DNA from: Candidatus Rokuibacteriota bacterium | GTDB lineage: Bacteria > Methylomirabilota > Methylomirabilia > Rokubacteriales > DASRDR01 | Assembly (NCBI GenBank): GCA_044866005.1 | Contig: JBIOTN010000079.1 | Coordinates: forward strand, 1-49,126 | Direction: 5' to 3' | Length of the DNA stretch: 49,126 nt | Shown: positions 25,688 to 35,546 of the stretch, in pieces | How the letters are laid out: every line of letters begins with the position of its first letter | How positions within the stretch are numbered: the stretch's first letter is position 1 | Position numbers and translations under genes: made by a program | The notes under the pieces: model-generated | Told to the model about the DNA's origin: nothing | What the model saw: only the letters and a program-made list of their open reading frames with translations | The model's database searches: none

Positions 25688-25841
25688 CGCCGCGGGTCCT
25701 GTCGCCGGCGCGCCCCGGTCCGGCCGGGCTCCGTCACCCGTTCGCGCCCTCCCGCAGCTCTGGCGATCTGCGGGAGGAGCGCGCAGGGGTCCCACTTGGC
25801 CCGGCCGGCTGCGGGGCGCCGCCGGCGCCACCCGCGGCGGG
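25688..25841 (+). repeat. Rod-like palindromic element family B, copy 1
   Basis: ~150-bp imperfect hairpin with apex CTCCCGCAG-N10-CTGCGGGAG. Highly similar inverted copy at 29142-29294. Confidence 0.85.
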
Positions 25842-25855
25842 CAGGAGGCCTCCCG

Positions 25856-26155
25856 ATGAGTGAGTCTAGGATCACGCTGGCGGAGGTCGAGCACGTGGCG
25901 CGGCTGGCGCGGCTCGAGCTGTCGGGGGCCGAGACGGCGCGGCTCGGCGGGCAGCTCGACACCATCCTCGCCTACATCGAGAAGCTCCGGCAGGCCGACA
26001 CGACCGACGTCCCGCCCACGACCCACGTGATCCCGCTCGCCAACGTCATGCGGGAAGACGAGGTCCGGCCGTCCTACCCCGCGGAGGCGATGCTGGCGAA
26101 CGCACCCCAAGCCGACGGGACCGCCTTCCGCGTGCCGAAGATCCTCGAGGAATAG
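25856..26155 (+). CDS. gatC: Asp-tRNA(Asn)/Glu-tRNA(Gln) amidotransferase subunit C
   Basis: [32 protein letters not shown] and LANAP...FRVPKI. Confidence 0.95.
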   Translation: MSESRITLAEVEHVARLARLELSGAETARLGGQLDTILAYIEKLRQADTTDVPPTTHVIPLANVMREDEVRPSYPAEAMLANAPQADGTAFRVPKILEE

Positions 26156-26159
26156 TGCG

Positions 26160-27653
26160 GTGCCCGCCGACTGGACCCACCTCACGATCCACGAGACGCT
26201 CGACGCGCTGCGGAGCGGTGCCGTCACCGCGGGCGCCCTCGTCGAGGCCTATCTCGGCCGGATCGCCGCGCTGAACGAGGGCCTCGGCGCCTACCTCACC
26301 GTGGCCGACGCCTCGGCGCGCGCCCAGGCGGTCGCGGTGGACGAGCGTCTCCGGCGCGGCGAGCCCCTCCGCGCGCTGGAGGGCATCCCGCTCGCGATCA
26401 AGGATGTCCTGTGCACGCGGGGCGTCCGGACCACATGTGGATCCAGGATCCTGGCCGAATTCGTGCCGCCCTACGACGCGACGGTCATGGTCCGGCTGGC
26501 CGCGGTCGGCGCGATCACGCTCGGCAAGACGAACATGGACGAGTTCGCCATGGGCTCCTCCACCGAGAACTCCGGCTTCTTCCCCACGCGGAACCCCTGG
26601 GCGCTCGACCGCGTCCCCGGGGGTTCGTCGGGCGGGTCGGCTGCCGCGGTCGCGGCCGACCTCGCCACGGCAGGACTCGGCACCGACACGGGCGGCTCGG
26701 TGCGCCAGCCCGCGGCGCTCTGCGGCGTCGTGGGGCTCCGGCCGACCTACGGGCGCGTCTCGCGCTACGGGCTCGTCGCCTTCGCCTCCTCGCTGGACCA
26801 GATCGGCACGCTGACCAAGGACGTGCGGGACGCGGCGCTGCTCCTCGAGGCGGTCGCGGGGCACGACCCGATGGACTCGACCTCGGCCGACCATCCGGTG
26901 CCGGACTACCAGGCGGTGCTCGGCCGGGGCGTCCGCGGCCTGACCCTCGGCATCCCCGACGAGTACTTCATCGCGGGCCTCGACGGCGAGGTCGAGCACG
27001 CCGTCCGGACGGCCATCGCCACGCTGGAGGGGCTCGGCGCGCGCACCCGGCGCGTCTCGCTGCCGCACACCGATTACGGCGTCGCCGCCTACTACATCCT
27101 CGCCCCGGCCGAGGCCTCGTCGAACCTCGCGCGATACGACGGCGTGAAGTACGGCCACCGGGCCGACGCCGCCAAGGACGTCGTGGCGATGACCGCGCGG
27201 ACACGGGCCGAGGGATTCGGCGCCGAGGTGAAGCGGCGCATCATGCTCGGCACCTATGCGCTGTCCGCCGGCTACTACGAGGCCTACTACGGCAAGGCCC
27301 AGCGCGTCCGCACGCTGATCCGCCGGGACTTCGACCGGGCCTTCGCCGACGTGGACGCCATCGTGGCGCCGACCTCGCCCACGACGGCGTTCAAGCTCGG
27401 GGAGAAGACCGAGGATCCCCTGGCGATGTACCTGAACGACGTCTTCACGATCCCCGCGCCGCTGGCGGGGATCCCGGCGATCTCCCTGCCCTGCGGCTTC
27501 TCGGCCGACAGGCTGCCGATCGGGCTCCAGCTCACCGGCAAGCCCTTCGACGAGGCGACGCTCCTGCGCGTGGCCGCGGCGTACGAGGCCGCCACCGACT
27601 GGCGCACGCGCCGGCCCGATCTCGCCGGGGCGATGGGGAAGAGGCCCGCGTGA
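26160..27653 (+). CDS. gatA: Asp-tRNA(Asn)/Glu-tRNA(Gln) amidotransferase subunit A
   Basis: [40 protein letters not shown] and [18 protein letters not shown]. Confidence 0.97.
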   Translation: MPADWTHLTIHETLDALRSGAVTAGALVEAYLGRIAALNEGLGAYLTVADASARAQAVAVDERLRRGEPLRALEGIPLAIKDVLCTRGVRTTCGSRILAEFVPPYDATVMVRLAAVGAITLGKTNMDEFAMGSSTENSGFFPTRNPWALDRVPGGSSGGSAAAVAADLATAGLGTDTGGSVRQPAALCGVVGLRPTYGRVSRYGLVAFASSLDQIGTLTKDVRDAALLLEAVAGHDPMDSTSADHPVPDYQAVLGRGVRGLTLGIPDEYFIAGLDGEVEHAVRTAIATLEGLGARTRRVSLPHTDYGVAAYYILAPAEASSNLARYDGVKYGHRADAAKDVVAMTARTRAEGFGAEVKRRIMLGTYALSAGYYEAYYGKAQRVRTLIRRDFDRAFADVDAIVAPTSPTTAFKLGEKTEDPLAMYLNDVFTIPAPLAGIPAISLPCGFSADRLPIGLQLTGKPFDEATLLRVAAAYEAATDWRTRRPDLAGAMGKRPA

Positions 27654-29101
27654 GCGGCGCCGGCTACGAGACGGTCATCGGGCTCGAGGTCCACGCCCAG
27701 CTCCTGACGCGGTCGAAGCTCTTCTGCGGCTGCGCCGCGAGCTTCGGCGCCGCGCCGAACCACCAGACCTGTCCCGTGTGCCAGGGCATGCCGGGCGTGC
27801 TGCCGGTGATCAACAGCCGCGCGGTGGAGTTCGCGATCCGCACGGCCCGCGCGCTCCACTGCCGCGTCAACGCGGAGTCCCGCTTCGCCCGGAAGCACTA
27901 CTTCTACCCGGACATGCCCAAGAACTACCAGATCAGCCAGTACGAGGAGCCGCTCGCGGAAGACGGCTGGCTCGAGCTCGAGGATGGGCGGCCCCGGCGG
28001 ATCGGCATCCAGCGCCTGCACCTCGAGGAAGACGTGGGCAAGCTCACGCACGAGGGCGGGGTCTTCGAGAGCGCGCTGGCGAGCCTCGTGGACTTCAACC
28101 GGTCGGGCGTCCCCCTCATGGAGATCGTCTCCCGCCCGGACCTCCGCTCGCCCGCCGAGGCGGCGGAATATCTCCGCCTGCTCCGCGCCGTCCTCCGCTA
28201 CCTGGGCGTCTGCGACGGCAACATGGAGGAGGGCTCGCTCCGCTGCGACGCCAACGTCTCCCTCCGACTCCCGGGCGCGACGGAGCTCGGCACGAAGGTC
28301 GAGATCAAGAACATGAACTCCTTCCGGCACGTGCGCGGGGCGCTCGAGTACGAGGTGGAACGCCAGGCCAAGGCGCTCGGGCGCGGCGAGCGGCTCACGC
28401 AAGAGACCCGGCTCTGGAGCGCCGAGAAGGGCCACACGCTGCCGATGCGGTCGAAGGAGTACGCCCACGACTATCGCTACTTCCCCGAGCCCGACCTGGT
28501 TCCTCTTCGCCCCGATCCCGCCTGGGTCGCCGGGATCGAGGGGGCGCTCCCCGAGCTGCCGCGTGCGCGGCGGGCCCGCTTCGTCGAGCAGTACGCGCTG
28601 CCGGCCCACGACGCGGAGCTGCTGACCGCCGACCGGGCGCTCGCCGACTACTACGAGGAAGCGATCCGCTTCCACCCGAACGCGAAGGCGCTCGCCAACT
28701 GGATCGGCTCCGAGCTCTTGCGCGAGCTCCGCGGCGACCCCGCGGCGGTGGCGGCGTCGCCCGTCCGGCCGGCCCATCTGGCGCGGCTCGTCGCCCTCGT
28801 CGACGACGGCACGATCAGCGGCAAGATCGCGAAGGACGTCTTCGAGCGCATGGCGCGGAGCGGGGAGGAGCCGGACGCGATCGTCCGCCGCGAGGGGCTC
28901 ACGCAGGTGGCCGACGAGACCGCGCTCGGCGCGGTCGTGGACCAGGTGATCGCCGCGAACCCGGCCGCGGTGGCGGACTACCGGAAAGGGAGGAAGCAGA
29001 GCGTCGCCTTCCTCGTCGGCCAGGTCATGAAGGCGACGCAGGGGAAGGCGAACCCGCAGCTCGTCAACCGGCTCCTCGCCGACCGCCTCCCGCGCCCCTG
29101 A
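27650..29101 (+). CDS. gatB: Asp-tRNA(Asn)/Glu-tRNA(Gln) amidotransferase subunit B
   Basis: [52 protein letters not shown] and FLVGQVMK. Confidence 0.97.
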   Translation: MSGAGYETVIGLEVHAQLLTRSKLFCGCAASFGAAPNHQTCPVCQGMPGVLPVINSRAVEFAIRTARALHCRVNAESRFARKHYFYPDMPKNYQISQYEEPLAEDGWLELEDGRPRRIGIQRLHLEEDVGKLTHEGGVFESALASLVDFNRSGVPLMEIVSRPDLRSPAEAAEYLRLLRAVLRYLGVCDGNMEEGSLRCDANVSLRLPGATELGTKVEIKNMNSFRHVRGALEYEVERQAKALGRGERLTQETRLWSAEKGHTLPMRSKEYAHDYRYFPEPDLVPLRPDPAWVAGIEGALPELPRARRARFVEQYALPAHDAELLTADRALADYYEEAIRFHPNAKALANWIGSELLRELRGDPAAVAASPVRPAHLARLVALVDDGTISGKIAKDVFERMARSGEEPDAIVRREGLTQVADETALGAVVDQVIAANPAAVADYRKGRKQSVAFLVGQVMKATQGKANPQLVNRLLADRLPRP

Positions 29102-29141
29102 TCCCGCCGCCGCTCCTCCCACCGCCGCCGCGGCTTCCGCC

Positions 29142-29294
29142 CCCGCCCGGGTGGCGCCGGCGGCGCCCCGCAGCCGGCCGGGCGAAGTGGGACCCCTTCA
29201 CGCTCCTCCCGCAGTTCCCGAGAACTGCGGGAGGGCGCGAACGGGTGACGGAGCCCGGCCGGACCGGGGCAAGCCGGCGACGGGACCCGTGGCG
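29142..29294 (-). repeat. Rod-like palindromic element family B, copy 2 (inverted relative to copy 1)
   Basis: The reverse complement aligns by eye to 25688-25841, with differences clustered in the apical loop and internal loops. Confidence 0.85.
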
Positions 29295-29359
29295 GGGGCG
29301 GGGCTCCGCGCGAAAAGTGCGCGGGCGCCGAGCCGCGCGGTTCTTATAATGGGCGCGGG

Positions 29360-30052
29360 GTGGTTGTCGAGGTCCGGGGCGTCTCCAAGGTCTACACGCG
29401 GAAGGCGGGCAGCCGCGTTCCCGCCCTCACCGGGGCGACCCTCCAGCTCGGCCCCGGGCAGATGATGGTCGTCTCGGGCCCGTCCGGCTCCGGCAAGTCC
29501 ACGCTCCTTCGTCTGGTCGCCGGCGAGGAGCGGCCGACCGAGGGGGCCGTCCTCGTGGACGGGGTGGACGTGGGCGCCCTCGGTCGCCGCGGCCTGGCGC
29601 GGCTCAGGCGCCGGCTCGCCATCATCCCGCAGGCGCCGCGGCTGATCGGTGATCGCACCGCCCTCGGCAACATCACGGTCGTCCTTCGCGCGCTCGGCGC
29701 GTCGCCGGGCGAGGCGCGCGCCCGCGCGGCGTCCGCGCTGCGCGAGGCCGGCCTCACCGCACGCAGCGCGTCGCTCCCGGTGGAGCTGGCGGCGGGAGAG
29801 CGCCAGCGACTCGTGGTCGCGCGCGCCCTCGCCAGCGCGCCGCAGCTCCTGCTCGCCGACGAGCCGACCGGCGCCCTCGACCCCGCGGCCACGCGGGAGA
29901 TCGTCGCCCTCTTGCGAGCCGCTCAGGCGCGCGGCACGGCGATGCTCGTCGCGACGCGGGACGCCGGGCTGGCCGCGGCGCTCGGCGGATCGGCCCTGAC
30001 GCTCGACGGCGGCCGGATGGGCCGGGAAGGCGAGGCGCATGTCGCTTCTTAG
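29360..30052 (+). CDS. ftsE: Cell-division ABC ATPase FtsE-like (degenerate motifs)
   Basis: Walker A GPSGSGKST, Walker B LLADEPTG, 'LRRRLAIIPQ', and position before ftsX-envC. The signature reads LAAGERQR and the H-loop reads VATRD. Confidence 0.8.
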   Translation: MVVEVRGVSKVYTRKAGSRVPALTGATLQLGPGQMMVVSGPSGSGKSTLLRLVAGEERPTEGAVLVDGVDVGALGRRGLARLRRRLAIIPQAPRLIGDRTALGNITVVLRALGASPGEARARAASALREAGLTARSASLPVELAAGERQRLVVARALASAPQLLLADEPTGALDPAATREIVALLRAAQARGTAMLVATRDAGLAAALGGSALTLDGGRMGREGEAHVAS

Positions 30053-30938
30053 CCTCCTCGGCTTCGGCCTCGGCTCCGCCGTTCGCGACCTTCGACGCGC
30101 CGGCAGCGCCGCGCTGGCCGGGATCCTCCTCGTCGCCCTCGCGACGCTCCTGGTCGGCGGTGTCGTGCTGGGTCTCCGCGTCCTGGCCCGGCAGACCGCG
30201 GCGTGGCGCGCCGAGCTCCGCCTGGTCGCGATCCTCCACGGCGAGGTCGGCGCGGCGGACGGCGCCGGCGGCGAGCATCCCGTCGTGGCGGCGGCGCGGG
30301 CGCTTCCCGGCGCGGCGGCCGTTCGCTACGTCTCGGCGAGCGCCGCGCTCGCCGAGCTCCGCGGCTACCTCGGCCCGGCCGGCGCCGGGCTCGACCGGCT
30401 CCCGGTGAACCCGGTGCCGGCGCGCCTCGAGGTGACCCCCGCGGGAGCGCTCGACGCTGCCCGTCTGGGCCTTCTCGTCGCGGCGCTCGGCCGCCTTCCC
30501 GGCGTCGAAGAGGTGCAGGCGGCCACCGCCTGGGTGGGGCGCGTGGAGCGCGTCGAGCGCCTGCTGCGGGTCGCCGGCCTCGGCCTCGGCGCGGCGCTCG
30601 GGCTCGGGGCCGTCCTGGCCATCGCCGGCGCTACCGCGGTCGCGCGCGAACGGCGCGCCGACGAGGCCGCCGTGTTGAGCCTCGCCGGGGTGCCCTGGAT
30701 CCGCGTCCAGGGGCCGCTGCTCCTCGGGGCCGTGGTGCAGGGCGGGGCCGGCGCGGCCCTCGGCTGGAGCGCGCTCCTGGTCGCCACCGAGGTGGGCGCG
30801 CCCTGGACCGGGCCGTGGCTCTCGAGCACGGTCGGGCTCGCGCCGCTGCCCGCGCCGGAGTGGGCGCTGGTGGGCGGGCTCGTGGGCGCCGGCGCGACCG
30901 CCGGCCTCCTCGGCGGGCTCGCGGGAGGCTGGCGATGA
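30039..30938 (+). CDS. ftsX: Cell-division permease FtsX-like
   Basis: TM1, periplasmic domain with YVS...AL and NPVPARLEV, then three more TM helices. Lies between ftsE and envC. Confidence 0.8.
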   Translation: MSLLSLLGFGLGSAVRDLRRAGSAALAGILLVALATLLVGGVVLGLRVLARQTAAWRAELRLVAILHGEVGAADGAGGEHPVVAAARALPGAAAVRYVSASAALAELRGYLGPAGAGLDRLPVNPVPARLEVTPAGALDAARLGLLVAALGRLPGVEEVQAATAWVGRVERVERLLRVAGLGLGAALGLGAVLAIAGATAVARERRADEAAVLSLAGVPWIRVQGPLLLGAVVQGGAGAALGWSALLVATEVGAPWTGPWLSSTVGLAPLPAPEWALVGGLVGAGATAGLLGGLAGGWR

Positions 30939-32149
30939 GCGCCGGCGCGCGCGGACTGTGGGCGCTGCTCGGGCTCCTCGCCGCGGTCGGCGCCGGCCTG
31001 GCTCCCCCGTCCACCGCGCACTCGGGTGATACACTGAGGGCCAAGAAGCAGGAGCTCGGCGAGATGCGACGCCAGCTCGAGCAGGCAAGGGCCCGGGCGT
31101 CGGCTGCCCGCAGCCGCGAGGTGTCCCTGCTCGCGGAGCTCGAGCAGATGGACCGGACCCTCGCGAAGAAGCGCGCCGAGCTCAAGCGGCTCGATCGGCG
31201 GATCGTCGGACTCGAGGAGGAGCTGGCCGTGCTGGAAGGGCGCCGCGGCCGGGTCGCGGAGGACATCGTCACCCAGCAGGCGACGGTGCGGGCGCGGCTC
31301 CGCGTGCTCGACGCCCTGCGCCAGCGGCCGACCGACCCGATGGGGTTGCCGGAGACGCGATCCGGTCCGCCGAGCCGCGCCGTCACGGAGCTCGTCCGGG
31401 TGGCCCGGGTGGATCTCGCCCAGCTGGACGAGTTCTCGGAGACGGCGGAGCGGCTCTCCGCGCGACAGGCGGCCGTCGCCCGCGGCCGCCGGGAGCTCGT
31501 GGCGCTGCGCCGCGCGGTCGAAGCCCAGCGGAGCGGGATGAACGCGCAGGCCGAGCGCCGGCGCGCCCTGCTGGCCGAGGTGCGCGACGACCGCACCACC
31601 CACGAGCGCATGGCCGCGGAGCTCGAGGAGGCGAGCCGCCGCCTGGAGAGCCTGGTGCGCCAGCTGACGCGCCGGGCGGCGGCGCGACCCGTGGTCGTGC
31701 GCCCCGGAGAGCCCGGCGCCCCGCGGCCGCCGGCCGTGGGGCTCGGGACGCTCCGGGGGCAGCTGCCCTGGCCCACCGAGGGACGTATCGTCGAGGGGTT
31801 CGGCCGCCAGGTGCACCCGCGCTTCGGCACGGAAACCTTCCGCCGGGGCGTGGACATCGAGGCCGAGGAGGGCGCGCCGATCCGCGCCGTCTACGGGGGC
31901 ACCGTCCTCTATCGCGGATGGCTCAAGGGTTATGGTAACCTCATCATCCTGGACCACGGCCAGGGGTACTACACGCTCTACGCGCACGCCTCCGAGCTGC
32001 TCGTTTCGGAGGGCGATCGCGTGAGGGCCGGCCAGGGGATCGCGCGGGTGGGCGACACGGGCTCCCTGGCCGGACCGCGGCTCTACTTCGAGGTGCGGTA
32101 CCAGGGTCGGCCGGAGGATCCGGAGCAGTGGCTCCGACGCCGGTCTTGA
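30935..32149 (+). CDS. envC: Murein hydrolase activator EnvC-like (coiled coil plus degenerate M23 domain)
   Basis: Signal peptide, long coiled coil, LPWP, GVDI, GYGNLIILDHG, LYAH and LYFEVR. The M23 zinc histidines are absent, as in EnvC. Confidence 0.85.
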   Translation: MSAGARGLWALLGLLAAVGAGLAPPSTAHSGDTLRAKKQELGEMRRQLEQARARASAARSREVSLLAELEQMDRTLAKKRAELKRLDRRIVGLEEELAVLEGRRGRVAEDIVTQQATVRARLRVLDALRQRPTDPMGLPETRSGPPSRAVTELVRVARVDLAQLDEFSETAERLSARQAAVARGRRELVALRRAVEAQRSGMNAQAERRRALLAEVRDDRTTHERMAAELEEASRRLESLVRQLTRRAAARPVVVRPGEPGAPRPPAVGLGTLRGQLPWPTEGRIVEGFGRQVHPRFGTETFRRGVDIEAEEGAPIRAVYGGTVLYRGWLKGYGNLIILDHGQGYYTLYAHASELLVSEGDRVRAGQGIARVGDTGSLAGPRLYFEVRYQGRPEDPEQWLRRRS

Positions 32150-32207
32150 CCGCGGCCGTGGCAACTCCGAGGGCAGTGCCTTCAGCGCTCTGAAGGAGGG
32201 TTCGTTG

Positions 32208-33455
32208 ATGCGCGCCGGTAAGCCGGTCACCAAGGCGTTCCTCGCGGCCGCCGTGCTCGCGGTGCTCACGCTCTCGCTCGGCGGGACGTCGGCCTCGAAG
32301 GCCGTCGACCCGGGAGCCACGTACGAGCACCTCAAGCTCTTCACGGACGTCCTCGCGATCATCCAGAACCAGTACGTGGACGAGACCGAGCCCCGCGAGG
32401 TCATCTACGGCGCCGTGCGCGGCATGCTGAAGGCGCTCGATCCGCACTCCTCCTTCCTGGATCCCGAGAGCTACCGGGAGATGCAGGTGGAGACCTCGGG
32501 AAGCTTCGGCGGTCTGGGCATCGAGATCACGGTCCGTGACGATCAGCTGACGGTGGTCGCGCCGATCGAGGGCACGCCCGCGTGGCGGGCCGGCGTCCAG
32601 CCGGGCGACCGGATCACGAAGATCGAGGGGCTCCCGACGAAGGACATGTCGCTCGTGGACGCGGTCAAGCGGATGCGCGGCCCGAAGGGCACCAAGGTCA
32701 CGATCACCATCTCGCGCGAGGGGCTCAAGGAGTCGCTCGACATTCCCGTCACGCGGGAGATCATCCAGGTCCAGAGCGTCAAGAGCCAGGAGATCGAGCC
32801 CGGGCTCGGGTACATCCGGATCCGGCAGTTCCAGGAGCGGACGGCGCGGGACCTCGAGGCCGGCATCGACAAGCTCGAGAAGACCGGCCGCTTCGCCGGG
32901 CTGATCGTCGATCTCCGGAACAACCCGGGCGGCCTCCTCTCGTCTGCGGTCGAGGTCTCGGAGAAGTTCCTGGGCGACGGCAAGCTCGTCGTCTACACCG
33001 AGGGACGCGTGCGCAACCAGAACATGCGCTTCATCGCCCACGCCAAGCACGCGCTGACGGAGGTCCCGCTCGTCGTGCTGGTGAACCAGGGCTCCGCCTC
33101 CGCCTCGGAGATCGTGGCCGGGGCGATCCAGGACCACGGGCGCGGCGTCGTCCTCGGGCAGCAGACCTTCGGCAAGGGCTCCGTCCAGACCATCATCCCG
33201 CTGTCCGACGGCTCGGGGCTGCGGCTGACGACGGCGAAGTACTTCACCCCGAAGGGCCGCTCGATCCACGGCAAGGGGATCGCGCCGGACATCGTGATCG
33301 AGCCGCCGAAGGACGATCCGACGCTCAAGCCGCCGGCCGCGCCGCTCTCCGAGGCCGAGCAGCAGAAGCGCGACATCCAGCTCCAGCGCGCGCTCGACAT
33401 CCTGAAGGCGTCGCGGATCCTCGACAAGACGCGGCCGACGGCCCGAGCCAGCTAG
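32208..33455 (+). CDS. ctpA: S41 family carboxyl-terminal processing protease
   Basis: LDPHS, FGGLGIEI (PDZ), DLRNNPGGLL, SASASEIVAGA, TFGKGSVQ and LTTAKYFTP. Confidence 0.93.
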   Translation: MRAGKPVTKAFLAAAVLAVLTLSLGGTSASKAVDPGATYEHLKLFTDVLAIIQNQYVDETEPREVIYGAVRGMLKALDPHSSFLDPESYREMQVETSGSFGGLGIEITVRDDQLTVVAPIEGTPAWRAGVQPGDRITKIEGLPTKDMSLVDAVKRMRGPKGTKVTITISREGLKESLDIPVTREIIQVQSVKSQEIEPGLGYIRIRQFQERTARDLEAGIDKLEKTGRFAGLIVDLRNNPGGLLSSAVEVSEKFLGDGKLVVYTEGRVRNQNMRFIAHAKHALTEVPLVVLVNQGSASASEIVAGAIQDHGRGVVLGQQTFGKGSVQTIIPLSDGSGLRLTTAKYFTPKGRSIHGKGIAPDIVIEPPKDDPTLKPPAAPLSEAEQQKRDIQLQRALDILKASRILDKTRPTARAS

Positions 33456-33474
33456 GGTCGCGCCCAGGGCCGTG

Positions 33475-34404
33475 ATGGCGCCCAGGCTCGGCTCCCGGCT
33501 GACCTGGGCCGTCGTCGCGGTCCTCGTCCTCGCGCTGGCCGGCGGCGTCTTGATCCTCGACCGCCGCCAGGTCGCGCGCGGGGCGCCGTCGCTCGTCGCG
33601 TGGCCGTGGCGTGAGGCGGCGCGGACGGCGCGCTCCACGCCGACCTCCTCGGGCGCCCGAGCGGGGGCCAGGGCCAGGACCCAGGCGCCGCCTCGCGTCG
33701 CGCTCGTCGTGGACGAGCTCGGGGCGCGGGCCGACGTCTTCGAGCGGCTCCGGGCCCTCGGCCGCCCCGTGACGGTCGCCGTCCTCCCCGGGCTGCCGCT
33801 CTCGGGCCGTCTGGCGCGCGAGGCCGCGCGCGCCGGCTTCGAGGTCCTGGTCCAGCTGCCGCTCGAGCCGTATCGCTTCCCCGAGGTGGATCCGGGTCCC
33901 GGCGTGCTGCTCGCCTCGATGTCGCCCGACGAGGTGACGCGCCGGACGCGCCGCCTCGTCGCGAGCGTGCCGGCGGCGATCGGGATCACGACCCGCATGG
34001 GGTCGCGCTTCACCGAGCAGCGGGCGCTCATGCGCGCGCTCCTCGAACCCGTGTTCCTGCAGGGGCTCTTCTTCGTCGACAGCCTGACGACGCACCGGAG
34101 CGTCGGCTACGATCTCGCGCGGGCGCTCGGGATCCCGGCGGCCCGGCGGCAGGTCTTCGTCGATCCGGACGAGAGCGAGGCGACCGCGCGCGCGGGCCTC
34201 CAGGCGGTCGAGCGCTGGGCGGAGCGCCGGGGCTCGGTCATCGCGATCGCGCACGGGCGGCTCTTGACGCTGCGACTGCTCGCGGAGGCCGTCCCGCGCT
34301 GGGACGCCCGAGGGTTCCGGCTCGTGCTGGTGTCCGAGCTCCTGGACCGGCCCGCCGAGGCGGATGCCCCGCGCGCCGCCGGGCCCCCGGGGGCGGTATC
34401 CTGA
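33475..34404 (+). CDS. Divergent polysaccharide deacetylase family protein (YibQ-like, degenerate active site)
   Basis: N-terminal TM helix, then VVDELG, EVLVQLPLEP, TRMGSRFT, FFVDSLT, RQVFVD and IAIAH. Typical envC-ctpA-yibQ synteny. Confidence 0.85.
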   Translation: MAPRLGSRLTWAVVAVLVLALAGGVLILDRRQVARGAPSLVAWPWREAARTARSTPTSSGARAGARARTQAPPRVALVVDELGARADVFERLRALGRPVTVAVLPGLPLSGRLAREAARAGFEVLVQLPLEPYRFPEVDPGPGVLLASMSPDEVTRRTRRLVASVPAAIGITTRMGSRFTEQRALMRALLEPVFLQGLFFVDSLTTHRSVGYDLARALGIPAARRQVFVDPDESEATARAGLQAVERWAERRGSVIAIAHGRLLTLRLLAEAVPRWDARGFRLVLVSELLDRPAEADAPRAAGPPGAVS

Positions 34405-34461
34405 AAGGGTGCCGAAGAAGGAGAGAGATCGCGAGAAGGCCCGCGCGTGCCGGAACGGGCG

Positions 34462-34534
34462 CTCCGAGCGCCGGCTCTTGCCGGCGGAACCCTCCCGGGG
34501 GGAGGAATCGGAGGAGGGCAGCGCCCCCTCCGAG
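34462..34534 (-). repeat. Bipartite hairpin repeat family A, copy 4
   Basis: Minus strand CTCGGAGGGGGCGCTGCCCTCCTCCGA, then ttcctcccccc..., GCCGGC-aaga-GCCGGC and GCTCGGAG. Confidence 0.7.
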
Positions 34535-34541
34535 GCTGCTC

Positions 34542-35540
34542 ATGGTGGTCCTGGGCATCGAAACCTCGTGTGACGAGACGGCCGCGGCCGTGTGGGCCGA
34601 GGACCGGCTCCTCTCGAACGTCGTCCAGTCCCAGGACGCCGTCCACGGGGGCTACGGCGGGGTCGTCCCCGAGCTGGCCTCGCGCCGTCACCTCGAGGTC
34701 GTCCTGCCCGTCGTCGAGCGCGCGCTCGGCGACGCCGGCCTGACCCTCCCCGCGCTGGGCGGCATCGCGGTCACCTGCGGGCCCGGGCTCGTCGGCTCGC
34801 TCCTCGTCGGCCTGTCCGTCGCCAAGGCCTTCGCGTACGCCCACCGCCTGCCGTTCGTCGGCGTCAACCATCTGGAGGGGCATGTCTTCGCCGGCTTCCT
34901 CGAAGAGTCGCGGGCCAGCTATCCGCTGCTCGCGCTCATCGTCTCGGGGGGCCACACGGCCCTCTACGCCTGTCCCGCGCCGCTCGAGTACCAGCTCGTG
35001 GGTCAGACGCGGGACGACGCCGCCGGCGAGGCCTTCGACAAGGTGGCCAAGCTGCTCGGGCTCGGCTACCCGGGCGGCCCGGTCGTCGAGCGGACCGCGC
35101 GCGCGGGGGATCCGCGGGCGATCGCGTTCCCCGTGGCCCAGTTCCAGGATGGAGCCCCGGACTTCTCCTTTTCCGGCCTCAAGACCGCGGTCAGCCTCCA
35201 CGTCCGCCGGCACGGCCCCCTGAGCGCCGAGCAGATCGCGGACGTCTGCGCCTCCTTCCAGGCGACGGCGGTCAAGATGCTCGTGCGGAAGACGGTGCGG
35301 GCCGCGAGCCGGCTCGGGATCCGGCGCGTCCTGCTCACGGGCGGCGTCGCGGCGAACGGCGCCCTCCGCGCCGCGCTCGAAGCCGAGTGCGCGGAGCGCG
35401 GCTACGCCTGGAGCGCCCCGCCCCTCCGCTTCTGCACCGACAACGCGGCGATGATCGCGGCCGCCGGCGCGGCCCGCCTCCTGCGCGGCGAGCGCGCCGA
35501 CCTGACGCTGAACGCGCGGGCCACGTTTCCCCTGGCGTAG
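34542..35540 (+). CDS. tsaD: tRNA N6-threonylcarbamoyladenosine (t6A37) transferase subunit
   Basis: VLGIETSCDETA, GGVVPELASRRH, NHLEGH, VSGGHT, DDAAGEAFDK and CTDNAAMIA. Confidence 0.97.
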   Translation: MVVLGIETSCDETAAAVWAEDRLLSNVVQSQDAVHGGYGGVVPELASRRHLEVVLPVVERALGDAGLTLPALGGIAVTCGPGLVGSLLVGLSVAKAFAYAHRLPFVGVNHLEGHVFAGFLEESRASYPLLALIVSGGHTALYACPAPLEYQLVGQTRDDAAGEAFDKVAKLLGLGYPGGPVVERTARAGDPRAIAFPVAQFQDGAPDFSFSGLKTAVSLHVRRHGPLSAEQIADVCASFQATAVKMLVRKTVRAASRLGIRRVLLTGGVAANGALRAALEAECAERGYAWSAPPLRFCTDNAAMIAAAGAARLLRGERADLTLNARATFPLA

Positions 35541-35546
35541 GCGGCC

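Noticed and set aside
25688..25841. Family B element as 6S RNA or SRP RNA
   Set aside because: It is multicopy, occurs in both orientations and as fragments, and I saw no SRP domain IV motif. It was not formally excluded without an Rfam scan.
29170..29196. Resemblance of GGCGAAGTGGGAC to the 3' end of HDV-like ribozymes
   Set aside because: No upstream GTCCC partner or nested double pseudoknot could be built by eye, and copy 1 changes this segment. The element folds as a simple rod.
32159..32176. Possible sigma54 box before ctpA (TGGCAAC...)
   Set aside because: GG-to-GC spacing is 11 rather than the required 10 nt.
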